This document shows positions 35,378-48,900 of a stretch of DNA of 64,000 bases, piece by piece. This stretch comes from Hormiphora californensis (taxonomy: Eukaryota; Animalia; Ctenophora). The stretch is taken from NCBI GenBank assembly GCA_020137815.1, contig CM035358.1, forward strand, positions 4,960,001 through 5,024,000. Direction: 5' to 3'. The notes beneath the pieces are model-generated. The model saw only the letters and a program-made list of their open reading frames with translations. It did not search any database and was not told the DNA's origin. The translations under genes and the position numbers were made by a program. How positions within the stretch are numbered: the first letter of the stretch is position 1; each line of letters begins with the position of its first letter.

Positions 35378-37967
35378 TGTACCTCCCCCTGCCTGGTACC
35401 CACTGAAACGGTGGGGATCAGGGCGAGAAGAGGAGGAATTGGACCTATTGCCTATGGAACGGGTGTGCCCGAGGTAAGAAGAATTGTTGAAGAATGAAGA
35501 CATTGTATATTTATAGATCAAAGGGGTGCTATTTGCTAAATAGTATTTAGGTCTCGCTAGGAACATCCAAGAGAGACTGAGAACTGCGATTGATACAATA
35601 TGCAACACCCCCGCAACACCAACTCCATCCCCACAGGGATCTATCTCCCATGTATATCTGAACACTAAGGAGGCCCTGAATAGAGGATTCAAGGTAGTGG
35701 ACACTGCTACAATGTATGGAAATGAGCTGGAAGTCGGCCAGGCTGTCCGTGATTCTCGGTGGAGTAGAGGAGCTGTGTTTGTTATCGACAAAATCCTGGT
35801 AAGCAATTTATTGTTTGAGAAACTTTGACGATAATCTTTTGCTTGAAGCATTTTGGTCAAAAGCGAAGAAATTATTGTCCAAAAACGTGTCATTGTTGGG
35901 GCCACACTGACCCAAATATAAGTTAGAAATGAACGTTGCCGAATTGGCCGTTTGTTCAGTGCGTAGCGTCTGTAAGCAACAATGTTCCTTCATAAAATAT
36001 TTTTTGCGCCCAAATAAAAACAAGTAAGGGAGTTGTCTACTTGTCCATAAGACACTCGTATTCACCACCACACTCCATCACACCCCTATTACATGTACAA
36101 TCTTTGTGACACCTATCCTCCTCATCATATGCGGTGACCCAGGCCCCATTCCTGGCCCATCCATAATGCCCATTCCAGTTTTTGTAGTAGCACTTGTTCT
36201 TACACTCCCTCATCTGGCACATTGCAACACCACCCTTGAAGCACCTGCACCTGTTACATCCATCGTGGAATCTCTCACCAACAAACACTCTGCCCTTTCC
36301 GCCATTGGGGTCTGCAAACATACAGCAGTCTGTACCCGTTGTGCATTCCCTATCTGAAATATATGTCGCATTATGAATTGTTCAATTACTGGTTTAACTT
36401 ATTAAACCTGCAATTTTTGTCATCAATTCACTCCGATTTGTATCACAGATTAGGATGAAATGTGTTAGGACTTACTGCTGTTATTGCAAGTACACCTTTC
36501 GCATCCGTAGTCCCATGAATCACCGTCTTCGTACCACCCAATCGAATCCCAAGATTCACAATCGCCGACCACCATAGGCACAAGACACACCAACAATACT
36601 ACAACTATCTTCATGATTTAATATAAAAAGCAGGAAGATTAAAGCTAAAGAAAGGGATAATGCAGGCTGTTTTTATACCAAGCTGAATGCATAATTAGAT
36701 TTGGATAAATAGCAATATGCAAAGTATAAATAGCATAAAATATAATATTTCTGTATGTTTCACGCTACTTCTACAGTCCCCGCGGCTTGTTGAGCGGCTC
36801 TAATCGGGTATTATGGGGATTCTCTATCTCTACTATTATTGTAAAGGCCAAGGAGAGCTCCTAGTGATAGTACCGCTGAACTAGTGGGGAAACAAAACTT
36901 ATTCATTCTCTTATTCTCTTGATCACAATATTTCCAGGCGGATGATATAATCCCAGCTGGTCCGGGTGGTATTGCAGACAAGACACGATCTATCATAAAG
37001 GGGTGTCTGGAGAGGCTGAATGTTGGATATATTGACCTACTTATGATCCATGATACATTCGAGTTAACAGACTTGCTGCCTTTCTTAACAGGTGAGAGAG
37101 ATATTGTTCAGTTCATATTCCCAATTATCAAGTCTGTAGAAAAATAACATTTTATTCCCAACTGAAATAATGAATCCCCATCTGCTGTCTGCAGAGACCT
37201 CTTTATGTTATACTAAATCCCTCCCCAGTAATATGGAAAGTAATGGAAGAGTTTGTAAAGGAGGGAGTTGTACACTCTCTGGGTCTCAGTCACGCTGAAA
37301 TGATCACCATCAAACATGTGGAATCCTTCGCCACCATCCCTGTCAGGTACAGTAGAAAATTACAAAGTACAAACCCAAAGCGTGTCTCATTCTGACATCT
37401 TCTCAATGTCCCAACACAAGTCGTCTATTTTTCAAATTCCGAACCCCTTCCCCTTTTCAGTGCTGTTCAGAATCTGTTTAACCCCTCCCTATTTCAGTGC
37501 AGTCCAGAATCTGTTTAACCCCACGGAGTATGATGAGGCTGTGTACAAATACTGCATGGAAAACCGGATAGTTTTCCTGGGGTTTGGAATAACTGGTTAG
37601 TGAATTTAATTCCGCCCCTGATAAGATTTCTCCGAATCACGGAAAGATCAAAAAAGGATCCGATCTTTCCGTTTCGGTATATCCTTGTAAATCTCAGCCT
37701 CACCCACGCCCCACTCCAGGTGACTACCACGCAGTCTATGGACAGCCCAATCCCATCCTAAATCATCCCCTCATCCGATCTCTCTCCGAGTTGTACGTGA
37801 CTTCTCAGCAGCTGATCCTGTACAACTGGGCAGCCCAAATGGGTGTCATCCCAATATCACGTACAACCAGTATCAGTCATATGAAGGAGAATCTTGAGTT
37901 TAGGGACATCTTCCTGAATCCTACACATTTGGAACAAATTAATGGACTGCTCGCCATTCGAACGTGA
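35378..37967 (+). CDS. Aldo-keto reductase domain with no ATG of its own, in frame with the upstream JmjC exon
   Basis: Exons 35378-35473, ~35637-35798, 36938-37091, 37229-37346, 37498-~37596, ~37720-37967. GPIAYGTG, ALNRGFKVVDTATMYGNELEVGQAV, VFVIDKI, CLERLNVGYIDLLMIH, WKVMEEFVKEGVVHSLGLSH, VQN, VIPISRTTSISHMKEN; catalytic D/Y/K/H all present. Confidence 0.88.
36037..36614 (-). CDS. Secreted cysteine-rich protein (~152 aa) with three pacifastin/VWC-like modules, nested antisense in an AKR intron
   Basis: Exon 36614-36476 (signal peptide MKIVVVLLVCLVPMVVG, then YEDGDSWDYGCERCTC) and exon 36353-36037 (VGERFHDGCNRCRCFKGGVAMCQMREC; CHKDCTCNRGVMEC), joined by a phase-1 GT-AG intron. TATA-like tataaaaa ~60 nt upstream. 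Confidence 0.8.
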
Positions 37968-38755
37968 TATATATTTGAACTGTTTTTGATTATTTGATTT
38001 TCAGTGGTCGTTTATTTTCCTATCGTATCACAACTTGTGTTGCTCGGCATATAAATGCATTTATCAGATCTTGATTATTTTAACCTTTTTTGTTTTGACT
38101 TGAAATTAGTGATTCAGATTACGGCATCCCTTGCACCTCTGGGAGATCTCCCACGGACGTTCTAGAACGTTATGCAGCAATGGGGGATTGTAATAGATTA
38201 CAGATGTACCGCCCGAGAGATAAGAACATGTACTGCCGAAATTGTCACGGAGTCACTTGTCTCGGGCAGCTATAATCATCCAGCTGGGACGTCCGTCGTC
38301 CTTGGGATATCTTCCTGAACTGCAAGGGAGGTCGTTATAATGTAGACATGTGTGTGTGTGTGTGTGTGCTTTGTTGAATCTGTGTATTTTGTTATTTAAA
38401 CCGTTTTAATTTTATCTCTTTCTTTCCCCTCGCAGAAAAACAATTTGTATTGGTTTTGTAAAAATAAAATAGAAGTAAAATTTCTAAAAACTACTGAAAT
38501 AAATCTCAAAATAAACCCTAACTTAAAATAACTCCTTTTGGTAAAAAACAAATCAAAACAATTCACAAACAGTTTCAAGAGTTCCCACGCTTCTTTGGCG
38601 CGGGATTTTGACACTGCCTACATTTTACAATTTTAGCACTGCGCGCTACGCATATGTGCTCACATGGCTCACTGCAGCTCAGCAGTACCAATTCTCAATC
38701 TGGAGACATCACTCTGTCTCTTGTGATTATGCTCTCAACTCCAATCACCACTTCT

Positions 38756-38810
<55 letters not shown>

Positions 38811-38951
38811 TACCAAAATTGACTGAAAAGGTGCAACTCACGTGCTCAAATTGACTCATGCACCACACTGGTACATCGGTCGGAAATCCGAGTTAGTGAT
38901 TTTGGGCAAATCAGAGTGGTGCTTGCAATGATGAGGCGGAAAAGAGACCGG

Positions 38952-39011
<60 letters not shown>

Positions 39012-39096
39012 CCGTGTTCACTTTGACTACTTACAGTACCAATCAAAATGGCGATTACGTGTAAGCAGATGTGTGAGACAGGAATTAGTAACCACC

Positions 39097-39157
<61 letters not shown>

Positions 39158-39388
39158 TCTCTCTTTCCCTCTCTCTCTCCCAGTCACCCACCCTGCTTTT
39201 CAAATCTTTGCTCAATTAGGCGAGTACTTGTGCAATCACTAACACACTAAAACCTGCATCTAAACACTCTCACAGAGAATAATTTATTGGAAACAACCCT
39301 GCAAAATAACAATCTCTCCTCTAGGGAGTATAAAACTTAGAAAACATCATCATCACAAATTTTGATAATATTTCTCCGAAATGTTATT

Positions 39389-42300
39389 CTAGTAAGAGTC
39401 TCCCGAACCATTTCCATCAAATTGATCCCCATCATCAACATCATCTTCCCCCTCGCTATCAAACGCCTCTCCATACTGTGTATACTCGTCACATAGGTCG
39501 CTAATGTTCATCTGGGCCTGCAGGGGATGATATTTTTTAGTAAAAACTGCAGTGGTTATACATATATCAGTATTGGCTGGTTAGCAGCTGGTATTTGATT
39601 TCGAAATTGGCCATGAAATGGCCCTCTCAATTATCAGTCCTCCCTCTCTGAGGGGTAACCCATGGCCATTACCGAATCGGGAACACCTTAACAAAAGTTC
39701 CAACAATTCACGATAAATAGTGAGAAACTCACCTCTCTGAATTCTGTCTCGTCCATACCCTCACCAGTGTACCAATGGACAAATGCTTTCTTGGCGATCA
39801 TCCTCTGATATGAACCCATAATCTTTTTGATCGGTGTTACAATAGCTGAGGTGTTTCCAATAAACGTTCCTGAGTGAGAAACATAAAACATTAGTGTTTA
39901 GTTCCTGAGTGAGAAACATAAAACATTAGTATTTATAATTCCTTATGTGAGACACAAAACATTAGGGTTATATAATCCAGTACATTTTGTAAGAAGTCCA
40001 TCTGCAACAGGAAGTCAGGAAATTTTTGTGTGGTGTATGTCTGTATATTTGACAATATGAATCACATTCCTGCAGTGCTGCCTAGAGTACCGGAGTTACC
40101 TCATGGATGCAATAACAAAAGAACATTCCAGAAGGAACAAAAGAATGGCAACTACACAGTCACTGGCTCAAGTTATGGACAATCGGACAAACAAACTCAC
40201 ACCATTCTTACGTCCTAAAATACTCTGTCAGAGCATTGGCCTGATAACAGACAACACTCAGTAGTAGTGTTTTACTGTCATGTACCGCTTAAATGCACTG
40301 GCTCAAAACGAGGTGTGCGGCACTCAGGCGCTGCCAACAGGTCTTTGGGGACCACTTGACAGGTACAAACAAACAAACGGGGGGGGGGGGGCAACAACAT
40401 TACCTGAATGACCTCCCTCTGGTGAGGCAACATTGCAGACAGCTGTTTTCACATTGCTAGGCATCCACTCTACAAAGTGAGCCCTGTTTTTCAGTGTGAT
40501 CTCATTCAGCTGTCTGTCTATCTCTCTCATTGAGAGCCCCTCCCCTCGGAATATACAGGCACCTAGAATATAAGTATGTTGTTAGACAAACAGATATTAC
40601 AGGAAGCTGTTACACCGCGGATAACTAGTTAGAGCATGTGGTATTGTGTGGGATCGTTACCACATTGCTAACTACTGCTGCTGGGATATTGCTTGCTGTT
40701 CTCGAATACTGTAAAGCAGGTTTAGAACAATTAGGGATTGCTAAGTGAGTGCAATAATGCAATATTAATTTTGGTTAAATGGAGAAATAGTTAGATAAGA
40801 AGGGTACTTACAAGTTAGATAGTTCCCATCCCGGAAAGGATCTGACACTGATAACATGTTGTTTGGATTAAACAGCTCCTTCACCAGATTTGCATTCCGC
40901 TGGGAGAAAGAATCCAGTCTTAGGGGCGCGTAACCTGCAGAGACATGGTTGTTTTGCGATTTTAAAAGCACCCAAGTTTGCAGATTGCGGAAATATTGCG
41001 GAAATGTTGCTGAACCGTTGCGGAAAATGGAAATGGAGAACCCCACTAGTACCGCAATACCTTACTCTATACCATTTCCCCTGGAAGTAGATTCCAAATA
41101 TCAATTTTGATTCTGACCTGGAATAAAGAATTTCAGTCGAGTGAAGGGAATGAGATTGGTGGCTAACTTCCTCAGATCTGCATTTAGTTGTCCTGGTAAC
41201 CGGAGGCATGTGGTGACACCCGTCATAGCACGACATATAATCTGAAACAGGGAGAAAGTAGAAAAAAGTGAAGGAACCGCACACACTTGAATTATACAAA
41301 GATACAAGACCTCACAGGAGTAATTCATATGTTGATCATATTGTCGAATGAAACTTGCTCATTGAACTTGTTTTGTTCCAACCCCGGAAACAGGGTCGAG
41401 CAAGGCAACATTGAACAGTTGGTTCAATTCAAACAAATATTTACCTTGTTGAGATCGTCATACTGGGGTTTCTTGTTTTTCAGCTCATTGACGCATATCC
41501 TGTGTAGAGCCTCATTGTCTACGGGGGGAGAATTTATCAAGAGAGTTCTAAGAAAGAGAATTCTAAGAAAGAGAAGATCATTTCTAACTACTACATAGTT
41601 TCTCAGGAGAATATAGGTCTATGTCACACAATTCTGAGAAATCATCCTGGGCGAATTCGATTTCAAAACAAGGGGTAAACATCAGAAATATAAGTTATAG
41701 TGACGTTATCCATCTATCGTTTGTTTCATTTCAAAACAAATATTTAATGGATCATCCATGACTTGTAAAAAATATAGTGGTGACGAGAGAGCTTCCTTTC
41801 CTCGCACTATTGACATAACAGAGCGAAGTAGACAAGATCATGAAATACAAGCTAGATAAGCACCACAATATATTGTTCACTGCCTCTCTTACCCATTGCA
41901 AAGACTGCATGTGCAGTTTCAATTAGCACGTGTAGACTGAGCAGCGCATTGTAAGGTTCCACGATAACATCTGATATAAGAGATGAGGGGAGGATGGCGT
42001 AGGAGGAACTCATTCTGTCGTAGTAGTCCCCGCAGAGATTCTGCTGGATTAGGGTTCCCATTCCGGATCCCGTTCCTCCACCAAGAGAGTGGATTACCTG
42101 AAGCAAGAGGAGAGTTTTATTGGGCTGAAGAATGACTGGGGCTTGTCGCAATTATTCATCAAGGGACGGGGGAATGTGAATTATAGGGGGAAGAGAGTGG
42201 GTATTAAGGGTACGCTAACCAAAAAATTTTTTCGAGTGCAGGGAAATCTCTCACCGTAGGGTTGTAGGCTGTGCCAAGGAGACCTCAAATATGCAATTTG

Positions 42301-44716
42301 AGCTCTCAAGTCGAATTCATATTTTTGCTACAGCTGTTTAAAAAATGTCCTGTAAATACGTTTTTGGCATCTCAAAAAATTTTTTTGAAAGATAGGAGCA
42401 TGAAAATTTGTGGATTTGAAGAGGACATGAAGGTGAATAACCACAAAATTTTTTTTTGCAATCCGAGATGATTTCCGGTCCTGAGATGGATTTCTTTTTT
42501 TCCACTTTAACGCCCTATTTGGCAAAGTTCCGAAAACATGTGAAAGCTGTAAATTGGTGAAAAGTTGCGTCTAACGATTATCTAAGTGGCCATAAATTTT
42601 GGGCGCGTCCTTATTTGAGATAAGCTGTACAGAGTTTTTTTCGTGAAAGCCGTCATTTCAGAAATAAATAAATTCCCTGTATCTCAAAAACGGCTGATCG
42701 TAGAGACCTGAGACTATGCTTAAACGATTCAGAAGGTCCGATTTTGGGGGGGTCTTCTGAGAGACATTTTGCTCCTACTTCAACCGTTTTTGCTGTAATT
42801 GCGAAAAACAAATTCTATGAAAAGGGCAAAAGCTAAACTCCAATATCCTGTAATTAGGGAATTTTAGCTAAGAAAGGACCGAAACTATGGAAAAATGTGT
42901 AACAAGCTAATTCCTTCACTATTTGGTCCATATGGGTCCCTATAATCACCAAAAACAAAATCACAAAAAATCCACGATGGCGAAGATGGGTTTTTGTTTT
43001 TCGCAATTACAGCAAAAACGGTTGAAGTAGGAGCAAAATGTCTCTCAGAAGACCCCCCCAAAATCGGACCTTCTGAATCGTTTAAGCATAGTCTCAGGTC
43101 TCTACGATCAGCCGTTTTTGAGATACAGGGAATTTATTTATTTCTGAAATGACGGCTTTCACGAAAAAAACTCTGTACAGCTTATCTCAAATAAGGACAC
43201 GCCCAAAATTTATGGCCACTTAGATAATCGTTAGACGCAACTTTTCACCAATTTACAGCTTTCACATGTTTTCGGAACTTTGCCAAATAGGGCGTTAAAG
43301 TGGAAAAAAAGAAATCCATCTCAGGACCGGAAATCAGCTCGGATTTCAAAAAAATTTTTTGTGGCTACTCACCTTTTTGTCCTCTTCAAATCCACAAATT
43401 TTTATGATCCTATCTTTACAAATGTATTTTTAAGATGCCAAAAACTTATTTTCAGTTCATTTTTCAAGCAGCTGTAGCAAAAATATGAATTCGACTTGAG
43501 AGCTCAAATTGCATATTTGAGGTCTCCTTGGCATGGCCTACAACCCTACAGTGAGAGATTTCCCTGCACTCGAAAAAAATTTTTGGTTAGCGTACCCTTA
43601 AGTTCAGCATTCCGATTCATTGGACACAGAATCATTATTCATTACACAAAAACCAACCTGGAAACCCTGAAGACAGTCCGCCTTCTCAGCCTCCTTCCTA
43701 ACAATATCGTTCACCTGCTCAATCAACTCAGCTCCCTCGGTATAATACCCCTTGGCCCAGTTGTTACCCGCCCCACTCGCCCCAAAGACGAAGGAGTTGG
43801 GGTCAAAGGCCGCGCCCCAGGGACCCCCCTTGATGGCATCTATGGTGCCAGGCTCCAAGTCCACACAAACTGACCGGGGGACGAATCTGTGGGACGGGGA
43901 GAAGTAATGGGTGAAACGTGCACCGTATCATGGTGGTACTGCATTTGGAAACATAGACACCTGGTGCGGGGGTCGCGCCAGGTGTCTATGTTTCCAAGTA
44001 CTGCATGAGTACATGAGCTATCGAGATTGAGATTAAAAACCACTAAAGAACCCAATAAAGAATAAATTAAGAACCACTAAAGAACCCAATAAAGAATAAA
44101 TTAAGAACCACTAAAGAACCCAATAAAGAATCAATTAAGAATCAATTAAGAACCAATTAACAACTATTACAGCCCAATTATCATTACCTTTTATCTGCAG
44201 TTTCATTCCAGTACACGTCAGATCGTGATAACATGACATCCGGGTTATCTCCACAGTACCTCCCCTCAACATTAATATCATGCTCCTGGCTTATCCGCTG
44301 CCAGAATTGGGTACCTAGAGGATACAACGAAATAATATAGCTGTATTTAGGACGCAACACACGTTTCATGGAATCCCTGACGGGAAACCAATCACCTAGA
44401 GGATATATAGTTGTTCACTGTTCACTGTTCATGGAGCCCCGGTTTGATTCTCATAACAGTGCGCTCAGATGGGGTCCGCGGCGCCAGACTGGTTCAGAGA
44501 AACTCAAGAGATTATTAGGCAAGGCGGATAAAGAGTCATGGGGTCAGGAAATATGGATTTTGAATAAAATGGAAGATTCAGTTGTTTGGAAGATATTTGA
44601 GAGACAGGTAATAGTCTTTAGAGCTAGTCTGTATGCAGTATGCACAATACTGAGGTCTGAGACTCACCAATTTGGTTTCCACATTGCCCAACTTGGATAT
44701 GGATAATCTCTCTCAT
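39389..44716 (-). CDS. TUBB: Highly divergent beta-tubulin (paralog A)
   Basis: 10 exons (44716-44668, 44314-~44188, 43886-43658, 42097-~41893, ~41518-41445, ~41241-41118, ~40934-40811, ~40562-40404, ~39869-39733, ~39517-39389): [95 protein letters not shown]; tail ..DGNGSGDSY*. Confidence 0.93.
42208..43597. mobile_element. 1.39-kb foldback element with ~600-bp TIRs; TTAA TSD and GG...CC termini (Kolobok-like)
   Basis: ttaa|gggtacgctaacc ... ggttagcgtaccc|ttaa with a ~185-bp spacer; in intron 3 of tubulin A. Confidence 0.92.
44037..44160. repeat. ~34-bp tandem repeat (aaccactaaagaacccaataaagaataaattaag), ~3 copies
   Basis: Directly visible in tubulin A intron 2. Confidence 0.8.
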
Positions 44717-45223
44717 GATGGGGTGATAACACAACAATCAAACAATTAACAGAGACAGATATTATACGTGTAAGAAGTTGCTCAAGAACTAAACAGATCA
44801 ACTGGGAGTGAAATGCTTGTGCAGTATAATGTGACAGGTGGTAATCTGTACAGTATTCTACTTGGGACATGTCTTTGTTATTGTTTGGACAGAGCTGTGT
44901 GTCATTTTTACCACAACCACGCCAATTAGATGTCTGACGAGATAGAGATAGAAAGATAGAGATAGATAGAGATAGATAGAGATAGATAGAGATAGATAGA
45001 GAAAGGGATAAATAGATAGAGATAGAGATAGATAGATAGAGATAGATAGAGATAGAGTTAGATAGAGAGTACAGAGAAAAACAATGAGATACATCAGAGA
45101 GGGATAGAGAGACAGATTTAAGATAGATGGAGATCACCAACCTTATACGGAAGGCGGAAGTTAGTATTATGACCTGATACCTGAATTTTAGATCAGCACC
45201 ACATACCACGAGAAAGACTCTTG

Positions 45224-45380
45224 GTGATCACTTTCTATGATCTATCTCTATTCTCTATCTCTATCTGTCTACCTATCTTTATCTCTATATCTATCTCTTT
45301 CTGAAAGAGATAGATATAGAGATAAAGATAGGTAGACAGATAGAGATAGAGAATAGAGATAGATCATAGAAAGTGATCAC
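45224..45380. repeat. Perfect 157-bp palindrome (78-bp arms, 1-nt spacer)
   Basis: 45224-45301 is the exact reverse complement of 45303-45380 (checked base by base). Confidence 0.95.
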
Positions 45381-45979
45381 AAAGTCTGATCATATATACG
45401 GAAGTTTTTCTATAAGGATACCACTATGACCTGATTTCACTTTATCCTTCACTCAAACTCTGTCTGATCCCTTTCCACAGACTTGTGAAACTAACGATAT
45501 GTTAGGTGCACAGGTTTTGAACTTATCAAGAACACAATACGGTTTCTTTGTTGATGAAAATCAAAATTCAAACAAAAAACAGAATCAATAAAGCATAAAT
45601 TCCCGTCAGAAAAATAAAACACTCGAAAAATAAATAATATCAAATACGCTGATGAAAATTAAAGAAAAAACAAAACAAAAACTCACACAATCAAACTGTA
45701 ATATTGAATAAGATTAAAGATTTCAAAAAGCTACTCCACAAAAACATGACTTGCCAAAACTCCAAGTCCTCAAACTCCCTCGAGAAAACGCAGGTATAAG
45801 TTCGTCCCGTTTTTAACAAACACAGCTCAGGAAGTATAATGGAGTTCCAATTCAAGCTTGATCAAGTACAGTCAGACCTTGATTTACCGGGATACTCAGG
45901 GAAAGGGTTTTGCCCGGTATATCAGGGTGCCCAGGGGTCCGACTTTACACAATATCTCAGATCCCCCACTCCATGCAGT

Positions 45980-48900
45980 TTAGTAGTCCCCCTCCTCTTC
46001 CTCCACATCTTCCTCCTCCACGTCACTGTCCCCGGTACAGTCCTGGTACTTGGTGTACTCTGTACACAGATCCACCACGTTACCTTCCGCCTGGAGAGAG
46101 AGAACGGATAGCTTGTTACTAAACTAGAAATTAGTGCTTTGACACTTTGTTTCTTGGTGTTAATTCGTTAAAAAGGATTGGTTGGTGTTAAGGTTATATT
46201 TCTAAGTGGCGAGGTAAAAGAGGACCACTTATGGTATATCACAGTATCAGTGTTCGTGAAAGTTGCTATAATGTGATCTATCGAACAGATAGGGTCACAA
46301 ATAAAGTGCTATGTAATTGCTACTAATTAATAATTAAAATATAATTAACTAATTAATTAATTACCTCGGTGAACTCCTGTAGGTCCATCCCCTCGCCCGT
46401 ATACCAATGTGTAAATGCTCGTCTGGAGAACATCTGGGTAAACCTCTCCAGAGTTCTCCCAAACATCTCGCTAATTGAGGTACTGTTACCGATAAAGGTA
46501 CCTGGAAGGTGATAGTAAATTTCATGTGTTGCCACACCATGAGTCTCATGATCAATTAGTAGATGTAAATTACATTGTAATGATATGGACGAATATAGAG
46601 GCTTGGTATTTCAGGTAGGTTACATTACCTGCCATATTTTCTCCCTTTGGTGGAACATTACACACGGCAGTTTTCACGTTACTGGGAATCCACTCAACAA
46701 ACGAACTAGAATTCTTGGTTTGCATCTCGAGCATTCTCTCGTCTACTTCCTTCATTGACACTTTACCCCGCAGCATACACGCAACTGCAGGAAATATAGG
46801 GGGTGGTTGGTTGCGAATTTGTTGTGTAACCGTTGCTGAGCCGTTGCGGATAATCAAAAATTCTGAAGTTCAGTTTGCACAGACACATAGATATTGAGCT
46901 CGAAGCTACTACAATACGTGTTCCCCTACCAGTAAGATATTTTCCCATTTGAGGATTACAGTCCGTCATCATGGATCTACTATCAAACATCTGGCTGATG
47001 AGATCCTGCAGTTTGTGCGCTTTGAACTTGGCATTCGCTACACTGTGTAGAGGCGCATAACCTGAGAGTGGACGAGGGTGTTATAGAACACCGACAACAA
47101 ATGTGATATGTCGACTGCTGCAGAGATTGTTTGAAACGTAAAAAAGAGGTAAAACATTAAGAATAGCTGCACGACTATAATATGGAACGTTTATCAATGT
47201 GGTTTTTAACCCCCTCTTTTTTGTTCATTTCCACCTCAATATTCTTACTAGAGATAAAGAAGTGAAGCCTAGGGAAGGGAACCATGTTAACAGCTAACTT
47301 CCTTAGGTCAGCATTCAGTTGCCCTGGGAACCGTAGAGAAGTTGTAATTCCCGCCATGGTGTTGCAGACCAGACCGTTCAGATTACTATATGTGGGTTCC
47401 TTGATCTTCAGAGTGGAGTTGCAGATCTTGTACAGCGCCTCATTATCTGAGAAAAAAGGTGATTATTTTAGTGGCTTACTGAAAATACTATCTGCTGGTC
47501 TTGCCTTGTCATAAAAAGGGTTTGAACAAAACATAGGTAAAACACATACCAAAGCAGAATGATTGGTCAGTGTTCTCAATCAGTTGATGCATGGCCAGGA
47601 GTGCATTATAAGGCTCCACCACCACATCAGACACCTATGGAAGGTTGAGAGCATGGTAGAGTTAGTTTGAGAAATTATTTTCAACTTAAACTATACTATG
47701 AGATTTATGGAAATAATCGTGGTAAGTTATATTGGATTTGCGATTAGTACCTATACCGATACGGCCAATAACCGCCTGGGAAGGGCACACACTGATCAAC
47801 TGCCTCTAAAACCCTACCTTGGGAGAAGGATAGACACTGAAACTCATGATGATTCTGTCGTAGTACTCCTCCCTTAGTCGGTTTAGAAGGAGTGTACCAA
47901 ACCCACTACCTGTACCACCACCAAGAGAGTGGCACAACTGAAATCCTGGAACGAGAGAGAGATGTTATAGTTATAGTGTTTGACATCCATGATGGTCCTA
48001 ACTGTAAATTCTTGGCCAAGATTAAAAACCCCCACCACCCCCTTGATTTTGACAGTTAGAGGCCCTCCTGTATATATGTCTCACCACCCAAATTTTGGGA
48101 TCCATGCCCCTCTCCCCCCGTTCCCAGTGTTGCGAAAATTAACTTTTCCCGGAAACTGAAAGAACTGAAAGAGCGAGGTTATGAAATTCCCCCTCTGCGC
48201 TAGCTCACGGATATATGCAATAATAGGGGTGACTTCGTAACCAATGAAAGAGCGAGGTTAAAACTTCTCACTTAGCAGCGATTTTGTGGGTGGAAGTTTG
48301 GATAGTAGTACATATAACGAATATGAAAGAGTTGTAAAATGGAAGGGTGCATTTTCTGGGAAAGTTCGCCCCTCACATCCTTGTTATTTTATTAAATCAC
48401 AAGTCTCTGCTATAGCAAGAACACCACACTTCAGAGAATTCACTAACCCCAACACACTTCAGAGGGTTTTTTTGGTGACTTCTCCGACCTCCATGCTAAC
48501 ATTTGTCACTCCCTGTACAATCTGTCAAATCTGGCAATATATATTTGCCACGGTTTGACAGATGTTAAACTTCTCAACCATTTGTTGTGGCCAAGGTATA
48601 TGACTTATGGAGAATCTCCCGAGGTTCAATTCTTAGAATGACGGATCCGTGTTACTAAGAATATAGTTGGACTAAGAAAGTTTAGGTACTCAAGGTCTAG
48701 GTGGCAGAGTTGTCGTATTTCCAAGAATTGAAGACCTAACCATATCCACCTTCCCAGTAGTGGTGTTGTTTTATGGCGAATCTGTCACATGCCGCTCTAT
48801 CGAGAAACTCATCGACTCTCAAATAGTATTCTGTATTCTCAAATAGTATTCTGTAGCTTATGTTTTTGTTAACATTTTTTCCCTGCCCGGGTGGATGATC

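Noticed and set aside
42328-43873. [11 protein letters not shown] and [11 protein letters not shown] ORFs repeated at 63156-63569
   Set aside because: They lie within arms of the Kolobok-like element, start at non-ATG codons and have no domain motifs.
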